Shown one piece after another: positions 13,574-28,470 of a stretch of DNA of 64,000 nucleotides. Each line of letters opens with the position of its first letter. The first letter of the stretch is position 1. The stretch is from NCBI GenBank assembly GCA_951406725.2, contig OX597829.1, forward strand, positions 35,154,001 through 35,218,000, written 5' to 3'. The DNA is from Octopus vulgaris (Eukaryota). Below the pieces are notes generated by a model. The model was given only the letters and a program-made list of their open reading frames with translations. It searched no databases and had not been told where the DNA came from. The position numbers were made by a program, and so were the translations under genes.

Positions 13574-14122
13574 TATATATATGTATATGTATGTGTATAT
13601 ATAAATATTCGCGTGTGTTAGTGAAAGTGCGGGTGGTATATTGACGGTCGGTCCCACAAGAAGTCGCTACCAACTCATCAACACAATAAATCCTTAATGA
13701 TTTCACACAAGACTTCTTAAGAGTGTGAACAGAGGAGAATAAAAAAACAAACATAACAAAACAACCCCCCCCCCAGAAAACACCAATATTGAAAAAAAAA
13801 AACAAAAACAAAAAAACAAAAAAACAAAACAAATACATACATAACTAAAAATACGAAAGCAAATGAAAGAAGAAAAAGAAAAAAAAAAAAAAAACACTGC
13901 TAAATCCCTTCCCCCCACCTCAGTGAATAGGAGGAAATAGAAAGCAAACAAATCAGTAAATAAAATGAAACCAAAATCTGAATAAAAAAAAAAAAATCTT
14001 TGTATCCGACTCTGATATCGATTTATTTATTTATTACTTTGTCTTACTTTAGTTGTTTACTTGTTTAGTTTTATTTACTTAATTGTAGATCGTATATGTA
14101 TGTAATGTATGTATACATACAT

Positions 14123-14449
<327 letters not shown>

Positions 14450-14494
14450 TTGATATGTACTATATAATACATACATATATGTATGTACGCATAC

Positions 14495-14528
<34 letters not shown>

Positions 14529-14674
14529 ATGCAACGCATGTATCTATATAGATATAAATGTTAATGAAAATCATGTATGCGTATATATTTACATATATTT
14601 GAGTAGATATATATATATATATATAAATAATCATTTATATACATATTTTTACATATATATACATACATATATGC

Positions 14675-14707
<33 letters not shown>

Positions 14708-14927
14708 CACACACATACATATGTATATACATTCATATATACTAAGATAAATGCAAGGATGTGTACACTTATACACATAAATAATTACACACATACATAC
14801 GTATTTAAAGTTGATATGTTTGTAGTTTTTAAATATTAACCTGCGTAGACATACATACATACAAACATACAGACACGTGCATATAATATATCAGTATATG
14901 TGTCTGTATATAAATGTATGACTGTAC

Positions 14928-15021
<94 letters not shown>

Positions 15022-15136
15022 GTATATACACGCACACACATACATAACATACGCATGTATGAGTGTTTAGAAATATGTTTGTACACATACATACATATGT
15101 GTGTGTGCGTGTGTGTGTGTGTGTGTGTATGTGTGT

Positions 15137-15189
<53 letters not shown>

Positions 15190-15445
15190 TAGGTTTTGTG
15201 CTTTCGGAAGTTAGAAAAATAATTGAAAACAAGTATTTCCACTTTCAGTCGGAATCAATTCCTTAAAAATGGGTTTGAATCTGCTGGTCCATTTTATCCC
15301 TAATCATGATAATTGTTATCATCCGTCGGTCGGTCGGTCCGTCTGTCCGCGTCCGACCGTCCGCCTGCCTACCTGTCTGCCTGCCTGCCTGCCTGCCTGC
15401 CTGCCTATTTGTCTGTTTGTCTGTCTGCTTGCCTGTCTGTCTTTC

Positions 15446-15543
<98 letters not shown>

Positions 15544-16034
15544 AAGTTATGCATTATCTTCCTATATTTTTGTATGTATTTATTTTTCTAGTGCTTCCTA
15601 TTCATATTGTTCGACAAAGTTTGAAGCTGAAAAATATTTTGAATTATATATAACAAATCGGCTACTTACTGCAGAAATGTTGGATGGTTTGAAAGAAATG
15701 AGGGAAGGATAGTGGGGAGTATTACGAATCTGATACAAAATGGAGAGGAGCATGCACTAGAGATAGCATGAGAGAGAAAGAGAGAACTTGAGGGTGCAGG
15801 AGGACGAGTTGTGGAGAGATATATTTGCATCAAGCTCTGAATGAGCGGAACATATGTATTCTAGTTAAGTAGGATATAAATCCCATAACACTAGTTTCAT
15901 TACAGTCTCTTGTTTTAATAATTGTCACAACATCATAGTATGAATATTCTCAAAATAGACGTACACATAGGCAAATACACTTTTGTATACTCAAGTATGT
16001 TATAACAAATATAGAGGAACACCATTATACCATA

Positions 16035-16424
16035 CTAGCTGTATCGCCCGGCATTGCTCGGGTTTCTAAGGGAAATAACTATATAAGCATTTTTAGAGAT
16101 GTAAAGTATAATAGCCATCTCAATATGGCTAACCACAAAGGGGGAGTGTTACTGTAGCTTTTTACGTTATGAGATTTAATAATAAATTTTTAGAGTTACT
16201 TCCCTTATATATGCCAAAAATGCATTAAAAATGGGAAAAATTGATGGTAAATTTTTTAAAAATCGTAGACTCATCGTAGACGCGCGCTAATACCCACAAG
16301 GGCTCTATATGAATCACGACTATAAGATACCCGGTTTTGGTTAAACTGCACCGCAAAATGTGGGAGTAGTTAGGAATCTAAATCGTAGGAGACAGACACA
16401 CAACCTTATTTTTATATATAAAGA
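16035..16424 (-). mobile_element. non-autonomous Helitron (family H1)
   Basis: rc starts A|TC, ends with cccgagcaatgccggg hairpin and CTAG|T; homologous to 19548-20053. Confidence 0.9.
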
Positions 16425-16449
16425 TATATGCGCGCGTGATAAATGAATA

Positions 16450-16489
<40 letters not shown>

Positions 16490-16785
16490 CTGTGACGTAG
16501 CTGGATGGGATATAGAAAAGCAGATCCACCACTTTTCCAGTGTAATTATAACTGTGCAAGTCCATGCTGGCTTCGATCTTTTTGCATTGGTGTGAAAATT
16601 GGAGGCTCGCATTCAACACGGACCGTCGAATCCATGCACTTGAGCATAACTACTTCTGACCTCTTCTATGCATTTCGCTTGTAGACCACATGACAAACAA
16701 GTTTGTGAGATTCCAAATAATCAAATATAATGACAAATAACAACCCATATGAGTAAAAATGCAAATGAATATTCGTAGATATTAC

Positions 16786-17443
<658 letters not shown>

Positions 17444-17543
17444 TCATCATCATCATCATCATCATCATCAATAGCAAATATACAAATAATTAATAATAAC
17501 AATAATATTAGTGGCCATCAAGCAATAATGCCATTAAATGGCT

Positions 17544-17905
17544 AAACAATAATATTTTATAATTAATTTATAATTATAATAGGGAGTCACGAAGTACCAG
17601 CTTGCTAGAAATAAGAGTTAAAATCCTCAAACAAGCCACTATCTCCCTGAAAACATAACGGCCCACCAGAAATCGGGCAAAGGAGCAAAGAAATTCAACT
17701 TAGCAACTCAGCTGAAAGCTGTAGAATGAGGTAATATATATACCTGTATCATGATGTCGAATTATGGGTTATTCCTTAATTCTCCTCAGCATGTTTTTCA
17801 GTGAGATAGTGGCTTGTTCGAGGATTTTAAGTCTTATTTCTAGCAAGCTGGTACTTTGTGTACTTTTGATTATAATTTTAAATTAATTATAAAATTTTAT
17901 TGTTT
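17544..17905. repeat. fold-back/MITE-like element with about 110-bp inverted arms
   Basis: 17544-17656 pairs with 17791-17905 (aagtaccagcttgctagaaataaga / tcttatttctagcaagctggtactt). Confidence 0.85.
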
Positions 17906-18234
17906 ACACACACACATATAGCATACAGGGTAAAATATTTTTCTAAACTCTTATTATATATATATTGCTTTGGTCGAGAGTCAGTAATGTAGTTAAAACA
18001 GCTTTCGTAAACAACATTCATTATCACAATGCTCAATAAATAGATAGATAGATAAATAGATCGATAGGTAGATAGATAGATTGATAAATAAATCGATAAG
18101 TCGGTAGATAGATTACCCTACATATTGCATGTAACTTACAGCAAGTGTTGTTGCTGGGTGTTATAGCTTATTTTGCAGTGAGTGCCTTGAAATCAATGAT
18201 TCTTCATCGGACTTCCTTATTTCTTTAATTTCTT

Positions 18235-18570
18235 TATCGTTAGGGCTCAGTAGAGCGTCGGGATCATAACCATGAGATAGTGTGAGCTTGATTCCCCGAC
18301 CGGTCTGTGTGATGAGTTCTTGATCAAGACATTATTTCACATTACTCCAGTTTACTCAGCTGTAGAAATGAGTTGCGACATCACAGGTGCCAAGCTGTAT
18401 CGGCCTTTGCCTTACCCTTAGAAAACATCGGCGCCATGGAGAGGGGAGGCAGGTATACACTGGCGACTGCTGGTCTTCCATAAGCAACCTTGCCCGGACT
18501 TGTGCCTCGGAAGAAGAACTTTCTAGGTGCATCCCATGGTCATTCATAACCAAAAGGGCTCTTTACCCCC
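18235..18570 (+). mobile_element. older tRNA-derived SINE
   Basis: decayed A/B boxes followed by 'tcttgatcaagacatt..ttcac..actcagctgtagaaatgagt'; related head at about 36000-36130. Confidence 0.6.
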
Positions 18571-18917
18571 TTTTTTTTGCCAGTTCTGATTAATACTCCT
18601 TGAAGCAGTAAATGAGTATTCATGCATGTAGCTCACTGCAGCAGTTCAAGCTTGATGTTTTTCTCTTAATGCAGTGCGCCTCTGTAATATGTGTGTGGTA
18701 TGTCGGGAGACCCTTTCCTTTTTTGCACACGAGTACAAAAAACTGTTTGTATTCTTATATTTCTCTTACAGGTCAGTCTATTTCACTTCTTACGTTGTGT
18801 TGAGCATTAACTATACATTTTTTATTAAAGAACATCTCATGCAAAGCAGAAATACGCAAGTTTACCTCCTCCACTCTATGATGAAAGCTGATTTATACTT
18901 AAATAAAATATTATATG

Positions 18918-19307
18918 CTGGTGGAAGCACTCCGTCGGTTACGACGATGAGAATTCCGGTTGATCCGAATCAACGGAACAGCCTGCTCGTGAAATTAACG
19001 TGTAAGTGGCTGAGCACTCCACAGACACGTGTACCCTTAACGTAGTTCTCGGGGATATTCAGCGTGACACAGAGAGTGACAAGGCCGGCCCTTTGAAATA
19101 CGGGTACAACAGAAACAGGAAGTAAGAGTGAGAGAAAGTTATAGTGAAAGAGTACAGCAGGGATCACCACCATCCCCTGCCGGAGCCTCGTGGAGCTTTT
19201 AGGTGTTTTCGCTCAATAAACACTCACAACGCCCGGTCTGGGAATCGAAACTGCGATTCTATGACCGGGAGTCCGCTGCCCTAACTACTGGGCCATTGCG
19301 CCTCCAC
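18918..19307 (-). mobile_element. tRNA-derived SINE of about 390 bp (octopus OR1-like)
   Basis: rc head ggaggcgcaatggcccagtagttagggcagcggactcccggtc...gtttcgattccc with A and B boxes. Confidence 0.85.
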
Positions 19308-19547
19308 TATCATATGCTACTGTTTGGGGAAGCAATCCACAACTTTTTGAGGACCAAATAATCTTTAAACGCTCTTTCAGGAGACTTTTCACTCTTTCCC
19401 TGTACATCAAAAAGATAGAAGGGATGCATTTTTCTCACCGCTAGGTCGTCTAATATTTACATAACTTACAATGATTTAAGCCAATTGAAACGCACAAGAA
19501 GACAAAAAATAAGACGATTCAGCTAATACATTAGAATGAACGCATAA

Positions 19548-20053
19548 TCTATATATATAAAACTCTAGTTGTGTGAGTGTCTGTCCCCTTCGATTTAGAT
19601 TCCTAACTCCTCCCACATTTTGCGGTGCAGTTTAACCAAATTCGGGTATCTTATAGTCGTGATTCATATCGAGCCCGTCTGACTATTAGCGCGCGTCAAC
19701 GATGAGTCTACGATTTTAAAAATAATTTAACATCATTTTTTATTCCATTTTAATGCATAAAATGCATCGTATGTCGATGGCGGCGGAGTTGGCGTCCACG
19801 CTCACAGCTGCACCTGTTTGCTTCTCCCCCTTCCCTCCCTCGTGAAGCTGTGGGGAAGGGAGTGTAAAGAAATCAACGTCGTAATGCGTTGTGAAGGAAA
19901 CCAGCGTTCTTTTAGAACAACGACTTCATGGCTTGAAGACACCAAAACAAAAATGGCTAAGAAAGCCCGAATTTATAAGGGAAGTAACTCTCTAAAAATG
20001 CATATATAGTTATTTCCCTTACAAACCCGAGCAACGCCGGGCGATACTGCTAG
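19548..20053 (+). mobile_element. non-autonomous Helitron H1, copy 1
   Basis: A|TCTATATATATAAA 5' end; 3' cccgagcaacgccggg hairpin plus CTAG|T; no TSD. Confidence 0.93.
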
Positions 20054-20207
20054 TCTACGTATAATTTAACGAATAAAAATTTCACTGGAACATACGTACC
20101 GAAATGAAAACTTGAACCTGCAACTTAGTTTTAATATTGATTTTCTATCCAACTTTCAAAGATATAACAGAAATTTCATAGATTTATAATCCTTATCTCT
20201 ATAGATA

Positions 20208-20700
20208 TCTATATATATAAAACTCTAGTTGTGTGAGTGTCTGTCCCCTTCGATTTAGATTCCTAACTCCTCCCACATTTTGCGGTGCAGTTTAACCAAA
20301 TTCGGGTATCTTATAGTCGTGATTCATATCGAGCCCGTCTGACTATTAGCGCGCGTCAACGATGAGTCTACGATTTTAAAAATAATTTAACATCATTTTT
20401 TATTCCATTTTAATGCATAAAATGCATCGTGTGTCGATGGCGGCGGAGTTGGCGTCCACGCTCACAGCTGCACCTGTTTGCTTCTCCCCCTTCCCTCCCT
20501 CGTGAAGCTGTGGGGAAGGGAGTGTAAAGAAATCAACGTCGTAATGCGTTGTGAAGGAGACCAGCGTTCTTTTAGAACAACGACTTCATGGCTTGAAGAC
20601 ACCAAAACAAAAATGGCTAAGAAAGCCCGAATTGGCATCTAAAAATGCTTATATAGTTATTTCCCTTACAAACCCGAGCAACGCCAGGCGATACTGCTAG
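20208..20700 (+). mobile_element. non-autonomous Helitron H1, copy 2
   Basis: near-identical to copy 1, ends CTAG at 20697-20700. Confidence 0.93.
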
Positions 20701-21178
20701 TCTATATATATAAAACTGTAGTTGTGTGAGTGTCTGTCCCCTTCGATTTAGATTCCTAACTACTCCCACATTTTGCGGTGCAGTTTAACCAAATTCGGGT
20801 ATCTTATAGTCGTAATTCATATCGAGCCCGTCTGGCTATTAGCGCGCGTCTACGATGAGTCTACGATTTTAAAAATAATTTAACATCATTTTTTATTCCA
20901 TTTTAATGCATAATTTTTCGTGTGTCGATGGCGGCGGAGTTGGCGTCCACGCTCACAGCTGCACCTGTTTGCTTCTCCCCCTTCTTCCCTCCCTCGTGAA
21001 GCTGTGGGAAAGGGAGTGTAAGGAAATCAACGTCGTAAAGCGTTGTCAAGGAGACCAGCGTTCTTTTAGAACAACGACTTCATGGCTTGAAGACACTGAG
21101 TCAACGATTTAAAAAAAAAATTATCATAATTTTTTATTCCATTTTTAATGCATTTTTTTGCTATAACTCTCTAAAACT
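20701..21178 (+). mobile_element. Helitron H1, copy 3 (3'-truncated), fused head-to-tail to copy 2
   Basis: junction ...gCTAG|TCtatatatataaa; lacks the terminal hairpin. Confidence 0.88.
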
Positions 21179-21201
21179 TCCTATTCTCCCTTTTTTGTTC
21201 T

Positions 21202-21262
<61 letters not shown>

Positions 21263-21400
21263 CATCTATTAAATTCCTATTTTGGATATATTTGGGGTAC
21301 TTAATTATGCTTATGACTTAGGGTTTGCTTCTTCCATGGGTATAAGTGGGTATTAAATTTTTTCTTTTATTTCATTTATTCATTTATTTCTTTGCCGCAT

Positions 21401-21461
21401 TTATCACTGACGAAGAGAAGGTTCTTATGAATTAATTCTGAAATCGGGTCCGATATGGTAA
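21401..21461 (+). ncRNA. type I hammerhead ribozyme motif
   Basis: ttatca ctgacga aga...tct gaaa tcgg gt ccga ta tggtaa. Confidence 0.75.
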
Positions 21462-21601
21462 TAACGGAATTTTTTAGAAATTTCTGTCGGTTTTCTTCGA
21501 GACGCATGCTTATGGTGATGAATTATATGGTTATGGACGTTGTGTCTAGTTTTGGCATATTCGGCATTAGAAATTTTTTTTCTTTTGCCCTTGTTTATAA
21601 G

Positions 21602-21643
<42 letters not shown>

Positions 21644-21744
21644 AAACTCGATAAGAAAACCAAGGCGGGACGAGTATTTCAGGTCATTTAGAATATTTAA
21701 TTAGAGTAAGGGGAATCAAAAATGGAGAAGTAGAAGTAATTAAT

Positions 21745-21819
21745 GTCTTACACCTATTCTGGGATATCTCAGGTGATGAGTCAACATCTCCATACACTGG
21801 GTAATCCGTCATCAGAGAC
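21745..21819 (-). ncRNA. degenerate type I hammerhead with long stem II
   Basis: rc: gtct ctgatga cggat...atccca gaa taggtg ta agac. Confidence 0.5.
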
Positions 21820-22125
21820 AAGCGATGTAAGTAGGAAAGTTCCAGACAGAGAATTCACAGTGTATAAGAGAATAAAACAGTAGAGAAAAAAAAACCCCGC
21901 AATGAACATGGAACCTAACGGATGACCAATTATAGCAATTACGTAGCGTACCTATTGGTTTAGACCATCAGTGAATTAAATTCCTCATTTTCTTTATATA
22001 TGTGTATGTATATATATATTATATGTTATATATAATATATATATATATATATATAATTAAAAAAAAGATAACATTAGGACGTGCACAAGAAATGTATTAG
22101 CTTGACGCTCGGTGAAAGGAGAAAG

Positions 22126-22158
22126 TTTGACGTTTCGAGCATAGCTCTTCGTCGGAAA
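22126..22158 (-). ncRNA. minimal hammerhead, CCGACGA core
   Basis: rc: ttt ccgacga a gagc tat gctc gaaa cg tc aaa; sister copy at 30297-30332. Confidence 0.7.
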
Positions 22159-22668
22159 AGAGAAAGGGAAGAATCCAAAGGGAAGAATCCAAAGAAGGAA
22201 AAGAAATCGCCAACGCCATGTATGTAGTTACATTGCAGAAGTGACCGGAAGTAGAAAGAGATAGAGAAAATGCTTTTTTTGACAGGAAAGGGGTCAGTAT
22301 GTGTGTGTGTGTGTTTGCGTGGTAGTGTCTGTGTGCATCTGTGTTTGTGTGAGCGGTATATGTGTGTGTAAGTCGTGTGTGTAAGTCGTGTGTGTAAGTA
22401 GTGTGTGTGTGTGTATGTCTTTGTGTTTGTGTATCTGTGTACATGTGTGTTTTTGCTTGTGTCAATTACCGGGCAGGTCAGTGACGCGCGTGTGGTAATA
22501 TCTATATGCATGTGTGTTTGTGTTTGTATGAGAAGTGTGTGTGTGTGTGTGAGGTGGTATCTGTGTGTGTTTGTCAGTTACCGAGTAGGTCAGTAGCGTC
22601 AGTCGAAAGAGGTGTAAAGTGCGTGAGTGGGTAGGTGTATATACAATTGTATTGTATAATGCCGAGCA

Positions 22669-24000
22669 TCTATACTATAACGGAGAAAGCTGCTTATCAA
22701 TTAGGTATGTAACAATTACTAAAAGAAAGCAATTATTAAATGGATGACCGTCTGGAAATATTTTTAAAAATTTACGTTCTAAGAAATTTCCTATAATTTC
22801 GATTTATCAAGTTTATTGAATGTGCTAGAAGCAACAGCCAAATCGCCCTAAAATCACTCACTTTTCCCTCTGAAAACAATAACAATTAAAAAAATTTTTT
22901 AGTGAAAAGAGTCTTCCCATGGTTTTGAAGTGCCCCCCCCCCCAAAAAAAAAGATTGACCAAAATAAGTCCGAAGTGGGATGATGAAGTGGGGGTGGGGA
23001 GTAAAAAAAGAGTTTTTAAAACTTTTTCCATACAAAGATGCCTCGCCACAACCCCATCATTTCGAAGGCTGTATTTTTTAAAAATGGGGAAAATCCCCGA
23101 TAAACTTTCCCCCACAAATTTCTTTATAATCGTAATCTATGCCGTTTGAAAGGGATTTGTATAAATTTTCATTCAAATATAACCATCTTCGTGAAAGTTA
23201 TAAGGGAAAAAAATAAGATCGTGTGAATTTTCCAAAACTCCTCTCTCCAGCCTCTCGGAAAAATTATTTCTCATAAATCCCTATCTACTCTGAAGCCACA
23301 ACATCCAAGCAGTATTTGTAAAAAAATTGTTAAAACGTATCTGTTTTTCTGGATGTTATGAGGCAATAAAGTCGGGGGCGTATACATCTGTAGTAATGCC
23401 GTTTTATTTATACAATTCTTTCTTTTTATGCTTATTTCATTCATTGTTTGCAATGTTCTCTCTCTCACACACACACACTCTACAAAGCTTACAGATGGGC
23501 TGCTGAATTGAAATCTCTATGTTGCTTTGAGGGGAAGGTAAAACTTGACAAAATGCTTCTCCCTCTGTTGCTGGAGTACCGTGATGTTTGTTTCAAAAAC
23601 GTGATTATGACTGTGATAAAATAATGAAAGCAATATTTACTAAACAAGTGAGCACTATTAAACAAAGAAATAATTAGACGTAAAATATAAAAATGATTAA
23701 AATTAGGAATCAGATGTGAAAATATCATCGAGAGTCTAACAGAAAACCGCCCGTGGGCAGTCTTCCTGATAGTACACATTAATGCAAATATATAAGCACA
23801 GCTTCTGAAATTAATACTACATAAAGAAGATTGTGAAACGGCTGTAATCCTAAGGTTGTTACGTGTTTAAATAAATATATACCCACCGCTCATAACTTCT
23901 CACTTCTATTGTTTATATCTACACATACCTGTGTATATGTATATAAATATATAAATGTTTATATATATTTATATGCTTCTCTCTCTCTCTCTCTCTCTCT

Positions 24001-24061
<61 letters not shown>

Positions 24062-25474
24062 ACGAGTGCGCATGTGTACGGTTTTATCGCAAGAAGTTTG
24101 CTACTGAACCACACAACAATTCCGGGCTGACCAAGATCTTCTGAATGGATTTGCTAGATGGAAACTGATAGAAGCCCAACTGCAAGATATAAATTTCACT
24201 TCAATCTGCACACTTAGTGAAATTTACCTACAAATTTCTTATTCACATTTGCAACGCTTTGTGTATTTTGTTGTTGACGGAATTACCGATATAAGTAAGT
24301 TCATAGTTTACTGACAGAAATAACTTCAAAAATTTCACTTAAATCTGTACATTTAGTTATTTTCCCCAAAAATTTAGTATTTACTTTTCCAACAGTTTTG
24401 TGTTTATCTGTTGTTAACGGCTTTTTTCTGGTTCCTTCGATACTGGCTCTTTGGTTATCAGACAAATTTCGTTTCAACCTGTACAATTCTTTATTTTCCG
24501 CAAAAAATTCTTATTTCCTTTCTGCCCGTCGTATTAAGAAATATAATTTCTGTTACCAAGTTATTTTCATTGTTTACTATCTTCTGCACTCGGTGAGTTT
24601 CTGTATACGCATATAACCATGCTTAGAAGGAAAGTGTCAAATTTGTCTACAATATTAAGGTCAGCCAAAAGAATATCTGTCCAGAAAAAGAGAGACAGCT
24701 GCAGAAAGGGAAGCATACCAAGAAACGTACAGACTGTGCACTACAAAGTGATGAACAGAGGTATGCACCACTGACAAGGAATAAGATCTCCACTGCAGAA
24801 CGAAGAGCAGTTGTAACAGCTCAGAGAAGCAACTTCTATGAAGCAGCTTTCAATCATGACACTAGAGTTTCCATTGGTGCAATGACAACTGAGTGCATAC
24901 ATTATAAAGCAAAGAAGTGGCCTGGAGAGACACTTGTACTGTGCTGCAGTGGTGGAAAGGTTAAATTCCCTGCAATCCTCCAACCTCCAGAGCCATTGAA
25001 GAAACTGTTGTCATCAACTGAGCAAGATTCCAATCACTTCCAAAACAAAATTACCACTACAACGCTGCACTACAGATGACATTATTTGGAGCCACAAGAG
25101 ATTTAACTGAGCTAGGATTCATGCAAACTTTCAAGATTCAAGGTCAGGTTTATCATCGGGTTGGCTTTCTACTACCTCTGTCAATTGAGTCACCCAAATC
25201 GGCCTTTCATTGTTTATGATCTGAACCTGTTTTTGTTTTGGTTACGAAATAAGGTACATAAAAATTACGTGTATTTACTTTATATATACATATATGAGTT
25301 GAAAACTTTCTTTTAACACTTCACTTACCGTCTATGTTCCATACTGGCTTGGGTTGGAGAGTTATTAATGTAGAAAGTTGGTATCTTAGCTACCTGCAGT
25401 TGAGACCCGCAAAATCTAGACGGCGTTTTAAATTTCATTATTCTTTTTAACCTGGGCAACGCCGGGTATTTCTG

Positions 25475-25478
<4 letters not shown>
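22669..25478 (+). mobile_element. deleted Helitron with RepHel N-terminal fragment
   Basis: 5' A|TCTATACTATAA; 24880-25200 encodes ECIHYKAKKWPGE..LCCSGGKVKFP...PPEPLKKLL, YNAALQMTLFGA, FMQTFKIQGQVYHRVG; 3' cctgggcaacgccggg..gcta. Confidence 0.85.
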
Positions 25479-25538
<60 letters not shown>

Positions 25539-26192
25539 CGGCGTATATACATGTCTATCAATATATATAACTATATTTGTATTTTTGTGAAGTTATATAC
25601 ATAAACAGTTAAACATTAATTTGAAGGATCACTCAACACCGTTTAACAGAGTAACATATTTATTAATTTTTAAGAAAAGTTTGGCAGTGACTTCGAAGTT
25701 TCTACTTATCAGTCTTTATGGGACCATGATCTAGTTTAATTTCAAACCGTATATATTAAGTATTTGGTAGTATTTTACTTTGGTAAGTGGTTGTGAAGGA
25801 CGAAGCGATGTAGAAAGACTGAAAGAAAGTATGCATTTGTAGAGTGCCGGTAGCGAAAAAGGGATGGTGGACATAGTTATACTGGTCTCATGCTGGAAGT
25901 ACGTTGTTGCTTCGATTCAGTTAGGCATGGTATGTGATACAGGATAGTAGTGTTCATGCAGCAGATATGCTACAATCAGGTGAAGCTTGAAAGTTTTCTC
26001 ATGACTAAACAAGATCCTTTGTACATAACTTTGTTAGAGGTCGTAAAGATAATATCGTTTCTGTTTATAACAGATCATAGGTCAGAGAAAGAGAGAAGGA
26101 GAATACACACACACACACACACACACATATATAGGGGAGAGAGAATATATATATATATATATATATAAATTCTCTATATCCCCTATGTAAGT

Positions 26193-27190
26193 ATGTTTGT
26201 ATGTCATTGTTCAGTTGTAGTTCAAGATTTCTTGCCAATAGAGAAAGAACCGGTTTCTCTCTACCCTATGTATGTATGTATGTATGTATGTATGTATGTA
26301 TGTATGTATGTATGTATGTATGTATGTATGCATGCATGCATGCATGCATGCATGTATGCATGTATGTATGTATGTATGTATGCATGCATGCATGCATGCA
26401 TGCATGTATGTATGTATGTATGTATGTATGTATGTATGTATGTATGTATGTATATATGCATGTATGTATGTATGTATATATGTGCAAATTTGTGTTTTAT
26501 GTATGTATTCTCATGCATATATATAGTTGCATATCTAGACATGCTTATATATATTTAATTGATAAACTTCTGGAAAGTTTTCAGATTTTTGCAGTTCCAG
26601 TGATGGGTTGGATCTGTAGTCTTTGAATTAGCTTCTTCGTTTCTTGTTTTGAAAAGCCTAATTTTTCAAGATTGTTATTTAGGCAGTGTGTTACATATCC
26701 CAGGGCCCCTATAATTACAGGTATAAACCCGAACTTGTACTCTGGATAGAGTAACTGTAGATTTCTCAATAGTTCAGCATAGGTATTCTCTTTTTCACTG
26801 ATCTTCAGCTTTATTCCAACATCCGCTAGGCAGTTAATTTCCACAACTGTTCACAGTTTCTCTTCTCTGCTCTAAATCATTATAACAGATATGCTTACAT
26901 TTTTTTTTGAGGTCTTTACTGGTACATTCCACCAGTATTCCTTTTTATTATGAGTTCCCATGGCTTCTACCATATTGTGGATTCTTGTTTCTTTGTCCTT
27001 CGGATTATCCTTGCGACAGATTTCATTATAGAGTGTCCTAGGTACAACATCATGTCTCATCGGTGGATAATACCGTAATGACATTTTCGGACAACTGCTT
27101 ATGATGTGCGTGATATCTTCAGTGTGAACTCCCCAAAGTCTTCATCGGTTGTCACATTTTACTATTTTTCCTGAATCTATATCCCTTTTG
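26193..27190 (-). mobile_element. 5'-truncated R4/Dong-type LINE (CCHC knuckle, restriction-like endonuclease, 3' UTR containing (TACA)n), family A
   Basis: [58 protein letters not shown]. Confidence 0.9.
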
Positions 27191-27221
27191 TACATCAGGT
27201 ACTTGGTTGATATTTTCTGTT

Positions 27222-27304
<83 letters not shown>

Positions 27305-27425
27305 AGTGCATGGTTACGCCATTCAAGACACATTATATTTTATAAATAATACACAATGCTTCAAGCGAACTACAATACTCTCCTATATATATACATACGT
27401 TTGTATGTATGTAAGTACGTATGAA

Positions 27426-27483
<58 letters not shown>

Positions 27484-27510
27484 CATACATATATATGTAT
27501 GTATATATGT

Positions 27511-27543
<33 letters not shown>

Positions 27544-27619
27544 TATATATGTATATATATTAAAATATATATTTATGTCTATATACATATTCAAATATAC
27601 ATATATATATATAATCTTG

Positions 27620-27811
27620 TATTTGTTTCACTCAGGTGACTGCGGCCATGCTGGAGCACTGCCTTTAGTCGAAAAAATCGACCCCAGGACTTACTCGTTG
27701 TAAATCTACTACTTATTCTATCGGTCTCTTTTGCCGAACAGCTAAGTTACGGGAACATAAACACACCAACATGGATTTTCAAGCGATAGTAGGGGAAAAA
27801 TAGACACACGA

Positions 27812-27830
<19 letters not shown>
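27620..27830 (-). mobile_element. 3' half of long tRNA SINE (OK-like)
   Basis: matches the 3' part of 35143-35557. Confidence 0.85.
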
Positions 27831-27845
<15 letters not shown>

Positions 27846-28036
27846 ACACACACGCAGACACACATACACACACGCGCACACACCCACACCCACACACAAA
27901 TAAGTATGTACGGAAGTATCCTCAGAGTAGCAAGAGACTGGCATAACCAAATAAAAATACCGTTTATATCTACTGTGGTGTCAGGCACTTTTTTCAGTCA
28001 ACCTTAAGCGGATATATATATGTATATATATATATA

Positions 28037-28470
28037 TACTCTTGCTCGATGAAGTCGAGGTCATCCCAGGTTAGCAGTCTCAGAGGCATCATCGTGTGTA
28101 GACTCGACCAGGTCCACCACTACCACTCCCCCTTTGCTGGCCGTCCCATAACAGCCCCTCAGCATCTTCCAAGGTGGTGTCGAACCTCTGGTGTGGAGCT
28201 TTCCATGAGGCCACCCACCCGCAGCTACTGCGTCAAATGAGAATAAAACCCTGGTAAGATGATCTGTCAGGAGTCAGAGGACATGTCCGAACCACCACAT
28301 GCAGTGGATGGACATGAGACGGTAGGCTGCGGGCTGATGTGTGCGCAGATACAGTTCTTCGTTGGAAATGCGATGTTACCATTTGACGTTTTCGATGGTC
28401 TTCAGGGCTTTACTATCGAGGCGTCGATCCATTTTACTAGGGTCTTCGGGGGGACCCACATTTCTGCTTC
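28037..28470 (-). mobile_element. RTE-clade LINE 3' fragment
   Basis: ALKTIENVKW*HRISNEELYLRTHQP...WWFGHVL*LLTDHLTRVLFSFDAVAAG..PHGKLHTR. Confidence 0.85.

Noticed and set aside
19212-19307. tRNA gene (also the heads at 1582, 32007, 35143)
   Set aside because: A/B boxes are present but no full cloverleaf, and they continue into multi-copy SINE bodies.
19548-21178. CRISPR-like or satellite array
   Set aside because: Units are about 500-bp Helitrons with TC/CTAG ends; there is no repeat-spacer structure, and the context is eukaryotic.
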